DNA of 64,000 bases from Marsupella aquatica (taxonomy: Eukaryota; Plantae; Marchantiophyta), in NCBI GenBank assembly GCA_973895155.1, contig OZ316892.1, positions 2,545,223-2,609,222 of the forward strand. Reading direction: 5' to 3'. This document shows, piece after piece, positions 58,471 through 64,000 of the stretch; within the stretch, counting starts at the first letter, position 1, and every line of letters starts with the position of its first letter. Made by a program: the position numbers and the translations under genes. The notes under the pieces are model-generated. The model saw only the letters and a list, made by a program, of their open reading frames with translations, was not told the DNA's origin and did no database searches.

Positions 58471-59959
58471 GTTGATCGCGCCCAAAGCCTGCTAGAGCTG
58501 GAGTTGGTGCGTCGACATCTTCAGTGGTGTGTCTCGACCTCAAGGTACAAACGTCTGTGCAATGATTCACCAAAAGCTTGTACGAGACACTTCATCTACG
58601 GATGGAGATCGACATTGATGAAGACAACCATTCGTGATATGGATTGAATTATCTTAGTGTTGAAGAACCTTTTTTTTTGTCTTCAGATTCTTTCATCACA
58701 TTTATTGGATTACATTTATGAGCGAGTGTTACTCAATTTGAACTTATTGTTCCTCCCACCGCAGAGTTATGGTCGAAGCTCTCTTTACTGAGAGTTGTGT
58801 ATAATAGTTCAGAAACGGCTACCCATTTTTGATATTGCTGCAGATGCTTAGAAAGGCAATACTACCTGCAGATTTTTGCAGAGGCTCTGGGCTACTAGCT
58901 TAGAGTATTCTGGTCATCACTGTGTAAAATTAAGACATTAAATATCTGTTCCGTTTGCTATTGCTGGTTACTTGCAATTGTCTATGTTTCAACGGAAATG
59001 ATTATTCTAGAAACAATAGTTTGGGCAGTTTTGCTTGTGCCTGACGTGTTTACATAAATCGGGGAGATCTACGCTCCAAAGAAGCCAGTGAAGAGCAGTT
59101 CAATTACGAAATGCCCATTGATTGAGTAGGTGATTGCCAAACCAGGTGATATGTAACAACAGCTCCTCGATAGTCACAACCGACTGGTGCTGTTCATAAA
59201 TGTCATGTGTTGTGAACGTGCCGACGTAGGGCTTTATATGTTTACCCCACTGGATGGAGTCGGCAGTTGGTCTCCAGCCTGTCGCCTCCTGCACTTGCCG
59301 ATCGACGCCGTGTTTTGTGTCTAAATCTCTCATTTGTGAAAGTGAAAGCTTTTTATCAACAACACCTTAGATTCCAGCTATATTTGCAGGAACAGAGCTA
59401 GATTTCCTTTGGCTCCAAACTGCTGCAGGTAAGCAGAAATTAGAATTCAGATGATGACATCATAAACAATTGACAAGCCTCATCTATTTGCCCAAGCTTC
59501 TCTTAGAAGTCTGGAAGAGCCACTTATCAATGCTCCGAACCAGCCATGGTGGTGGACTAACTCAACCATGGGAGATACTGTAGCCTTCAACTTACATAAA
59601 AAATGACAGTACTTTTCAAATTTCTCCCTGTCCATAATCTTTTTTTGGCTCATCTCCCACAATAACACAAACAAAAAACCTAAAACCATACTTAATGGCA
59701 AACTGAAAAGCCCATAGAACTCCTGGGCCTGAAATGGACAGAAGCATTGGGGGTCCTTGAATTTGGTATAAAAAAAAGGTGCTTCCACCCCCAAAGTATA
59801 AGAGAGGGTCAGGAGTAAATTTAAACTAGTAGTTCATCTTTTAACAAATCACCAAATAGTGTTCCAGTTGGGATCAAATCACACAGATCCCCAAATATTT
59901 TTGGAATGCAAGAGTATTATGATGATGACTAGCCTGATGTCCAGGCATTGCATGAAAGA

Positions 59960-60515
59960 TTCTGAGGTGAGAACAAGATGTCGAGGAGAGACAAGATGTC
60001 AAGGAGAGGGAAAGATTTTGAGGCAAGGCAAAAGATATTAGAGGTGAAGGCAAGATGTTGAGGTGATAAAAAGATAGGGAGGTGAGAGAAAGATGTGAAG
60101 GCAAGGACAAGATATCACGGAGAGGCAAAGATAAGGAAGTGAGGTAAAGATGTTGAGGTGAAAAAAAATGTTGAGGTGAAAAAATGGTCAATAAAAGAAT
60201 GAGATGTTAATGTGAGGAAAAGAAGTCAAGATGAGAAAAGGAGGTCGAGGAGAGAAAAGATGAGGTGAAAAAAAGATACAAAATGAGTAAAAGACGTCAA
60301 GGAGAGAAAAAATGTTGAGGGTGACGGAAAAATATTGTAATGAAATAAACATGTCAAGGTGAGCAAAAGGTAAGATGTCAAGTTGAGAAAAATATGTCAA
60401 ACAAGGTGAAAAAAGATGTTAAGGAGAAAAAAGATGTCAAAGGTGAAAAAAGATATTATGGTGAGATAAAAATGTCAATGTGATTAAAAATGGCGAGATG
60501 AGAAAAAGATGTCAC
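59960..60515. repeat. Purine-rich degenerate minisatellite (~18-20-bp unit, aagatgt(c/t)(a/g)aggtga(g/a)aaaa)
   Basis: agatgt.aaggtgag.aaa-like units recur over ~550 bp with a strong A/G strand bias. Confidence 0.8.
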
Positions 60516-63500
60516 AGTAAGGTAAATTTGTTATGGTGGTGTTTAATAACCTGTGCGTTGCACATAAAAATTGGAATCGCGACATAACAACCACCACATC
60601 TATTCAACCCATGTTTATTTTTTTTACCCAAAATTTCTGGTCTCCCCCCCTGCCGGAGCACTCTTCTGACAGCTGAGCACTGTTCCTCCTTTTTCACTTT
60701 TGTAATGGGAAGATGGCCAAAAATTGGCGAGATTTGTTATTATAGTGGTAGATGATGATTGGGAGACCTATTATGCACCTAGGCGAATGAATTTTTATAA
60801 TGGTACTTATTGCTTACAAACCAGAGAAAATTGGATTGCAGCTTTATAGTTTGCAATGCCAAGATTTAGTATAACTAACTCGCTCCCTTTGTATTTTCAG
60901 TGCATTATTGGAGAAAAATGTGCGGTCGAGATTTGGATCACATCATTGGAAAGATTCTAGTCTAATTGTACTTAAACTAGTAAAATTAGCATCTCTTAGG
61001 TCTTTGTATGTATTAAGGTCCTGTTCGGAGAACATTAGGGGTTACCAAATACGGTAGCATCATCTGACTTTATGCAATTATTGTAAAATACTTATAAAAA
61101 CTGAATTCCTTGAGTGAGCCAAAGAGCTAAGAAAATCACTGGACTTAGAGTGAAAGCTTAAAAAGATCAACCTTTTTAGTTGAAAAGTAGAACAATATAA
61201 TTGCAATAAAGAGTGAGTAGTAAACAAATAAATAGGTAATGCGTGGAAACTTTCACTAAAGGACTTTTTAACTTGAAAAGGAGTAAATAATGATTTCTAT
61301 AAAGAACTTAATAGTAAAGGCATGATAAGGCCATTTTTGGTAGATCTCTCGGAATGAGTGCTAGTGTGCCTCCTAGAGTACATTCCAGTCCTACTTGTGT
61401 ATTCAGTTTTGACACTTGATGTGAATCACTAACTTTTGCCACATTTTCTAGGTTTGATGAGAGCCTTGGTCCATTTGTGTTAGTAACGTTTCCTATTTCT
61501 TGCTTTGTAGTGGTTTCCCTTTGCTCACTTTGTTTGAATTTAGTTTTTGTCCACTTTGGACCTTTTAGTTTGTTCTTTTGGACTCTGTTTGGCCCTTTCT
61601 GTTAAAAAATTTGTATTCTGACTGCAAGCCTACATTAAACAACAAAAGAGAAAAAATAAGGTCACTTAATTAGCAAAAGCCATCTCAAACTTTAGAGTAC
61701 ATATCCAAGGTTTTTTCCCGACCCCCATGGGAAGTTCATTCCCAAACTTATGGATGCATGTGCAACCATATCAGCATGATTTGTCACAAACAAGATACAT
61801 TAATTATGCGTATATCTGTATTCGGAATGCCTGGCGCTGGTTCGTGGGGACATCCTCTGCGTTCCTTTCGGGGCCTGGACCCGTTTCTTTCCGCTCAACC
61901 TCGGAAAACCAAAAGTGACTATTCGTGTTTGAGGCTAGGCAAAGGAAAATAGTTAGACCCTAGAACTGTAAAATTAATGGGAAACTGAAAAGTGACATTT
62001 CAAGTAAGCGAAAAAAAAGAGGGTAAACTAGTCGTGAAAGAAATAACCTTTGGATGGGTTGTGATTGGTATATCAGTGTTTTCTGGTGATCTGTTTCAAT
62101 TTTCTATTTAATCTAACATTTTAAAAATAATGATGAATAGAAAGAAACACTTCAACTACTTTAACATTTACCAAGGTAATCTAAGAAACCCCAAAAAAAT
62201 TCAACTTCTCTAACAGTTTCCAAGGTAACTTAAGAAACCTAAGGCTACTATGGATAGAGGAGTAACAAGCAAAAATAAGAAACACCATAACTACTATGGG
62301 CATAGGAATACCAAGGGACTCTAAGACCCTTGAATTACTATGGACAAATGAATATTTTGCTATGAAATGTTTCATATATTGTATACACATAGAGGTAGGG
62401 ATAGAGGTACCAAGGGAAATGTTTTGCATGGAGTATTACCCTTAGTATTACCATGAACCATATTTGTAAATATACTAACTCCTATTTGTCTTCAATGAAA
62501 TTATCCTAACTATCTTTAAAACTCATTTCATTTAGGATTCTCCATTTAATCTTTGTCTTCTCATCTATTTATTTCAATGTGCAACTCTTCATGACTCCAA
62601 ATAGTTCAATAAAACAAGCTTACGTAACTAAAGGGTCCTTCAACTAATTCTTGGATTGATAATGCAACTTGATGACACAATTTTAACAATGTACAAAGAT
62701 TAAAGTAGATAAATTTGCTGCATGGAGATCTCAACTTTAACAACAGGCAAATAACAAAAAATGTTCTTTTGCATTATGACTTTAGGTAAACCTCCTTAAC
62801 CTTGAGGTGGGGGCCTCCACAAACTATGTAATTTAGTCGTAGTTGTCACATTTTGCTCTACCGACAGCCCCCTGGCAATATGCATGAATTCTTGGAGTGG
62901 GAATTATTTTGATGTTTGGCTCTCAACAAAATTATGCAGAAAGTCCCCAAAAATAAATTTGTGATGAGTGAAGATTGGAAAAAAACCAAATGCAAGCTAA
63001 GCCAACCCAGAAAACATATATAATAATAATAAATAAATAAATAAATAAATCCAAGGCTTTCCTCACTGCTGGCCCGAATAGTAGAATGGAAATCCTGTAG
63101 ATCTATTTTTCTCTTCTGCAGGATAAGGCCAATGCCCATAATGTGGCCTGCAGGTGAGTTTGACCGGTGCAAAGACATTTTGAATTCATTTTTCCAGTCT
63201 CAGTAACAACCGGGAGGTGGGAAGAATTGACCATGGAGAAATGGTGAGGGAAGAATTGACCATGCATAAATGGTGAGTCCTGCAACATGAGTGTGCAGGC
63301 TAGGCACAGGGACTTCCCACTCATTCTTCACACGAATCTGTCCAAATCTTAACTCCGCCTGCCCTGAGACTCAATTGCCCTGAGACTCAATACAGGCTAT
63401 ATTTCTTGAGACGTCCTATTATAGGCAATAACAGACCCCCAAAATTCAAACTCGTTCTGTGCAATATATTGCACAAGGCCCTATTAATAAGAAGACATCG

Positions 63501-64000
63501 AGTATAATCGTATATCGTATGAGCATTTCCGTAGTAAACTAAATCAGGGCGGCCATGCCCGTTGTGCCATCCCCAACGACATGACATACCATGCCCATCC
63601 CCAGTCCCGCCTTTCCCGGGACTTTCAAAAGTGGCCCAGGAGATTATCCATAGGGCAGCCCAGAAAATTATCCGACTTCCCTCCAAAACTCGTCGAGAAA
63701 TTGGAAATTATTTTGGCCAGATTTCAGGCAAAGGAAATCCCGCCCAAAAATCCTTGCAGGAAAGAGCCCAGCTTTTCAGGACACGCATCCAACCGGGCAG
63801 CCGGGCACCCGTCAGCATCTCCGCGGCCCCGCCAGACAAGTCACGACCAGACAACGACACTTGGGGCAGGGGCATGTTCCTAATGATCAGGATTGTTCTC
63901 ATACAGTCCTGTACTGTGCGCGTTTAGAACAGTCGCACATTGGTGCCGTGTCGGTGTTCTAGTGGGAAACGAAAAGCGCGACTGCAGGGAGCCTGACCGG

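Noticed and set aside
63380-64000. CpG-richer segment with 100-121-aa ORFs at the window end
   Set aside because: No motif is recognisable and the segment is cut by the window edge. It may be a promoter or TE end, which I cannot resolve here.

Overview
Eukaryotic land-plant nuclear DNA with spliceosomal GT-AG introns; the gene style suggests a bryophyte/liverwort, which is inference only. I reconstructed genes by hand: a 10-exon plastid diaminopimelate epimerase (dapF, minus strand, 8639-12723); an 8-exon Raf-like/STY kinase with an N-terminal coiled coil and a DFN motif (25226-27716); a 72-aa small protein ending in SRL (38669-38887); a 3-exon C2HC zinc-finger, tail-anchored protein (45578-50336); and a 10-exon purple acid phosphatase with GDHD in place of GNHD (54861-58470). 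The most unusual locus lies about 4.8 kb upstream of the kinase. A diverged copy of the kinase's 5' region (upstream DNA, exon 1, intron 1, coiled-coil part of exon 2) runs, one base out of frame, into an orphan 630-aa acidic disordered ORF carrying an RVxF motif and several W/FxxL/I/V motifs. Intergenic DNA holds a ~70-bp satellite with 3-mer higher-order structure abutting the dapF start, a Mutator-like element with long TIRs and a 10-bp TSD, a tRNA-derived SINE family (4 copies), two mini-Helitrons, several MITEs and a possible plastid trnY fragment. I found no CRISPR array, rRNA or intact tRNA. All family assignments come from motif recognition, not database searches.
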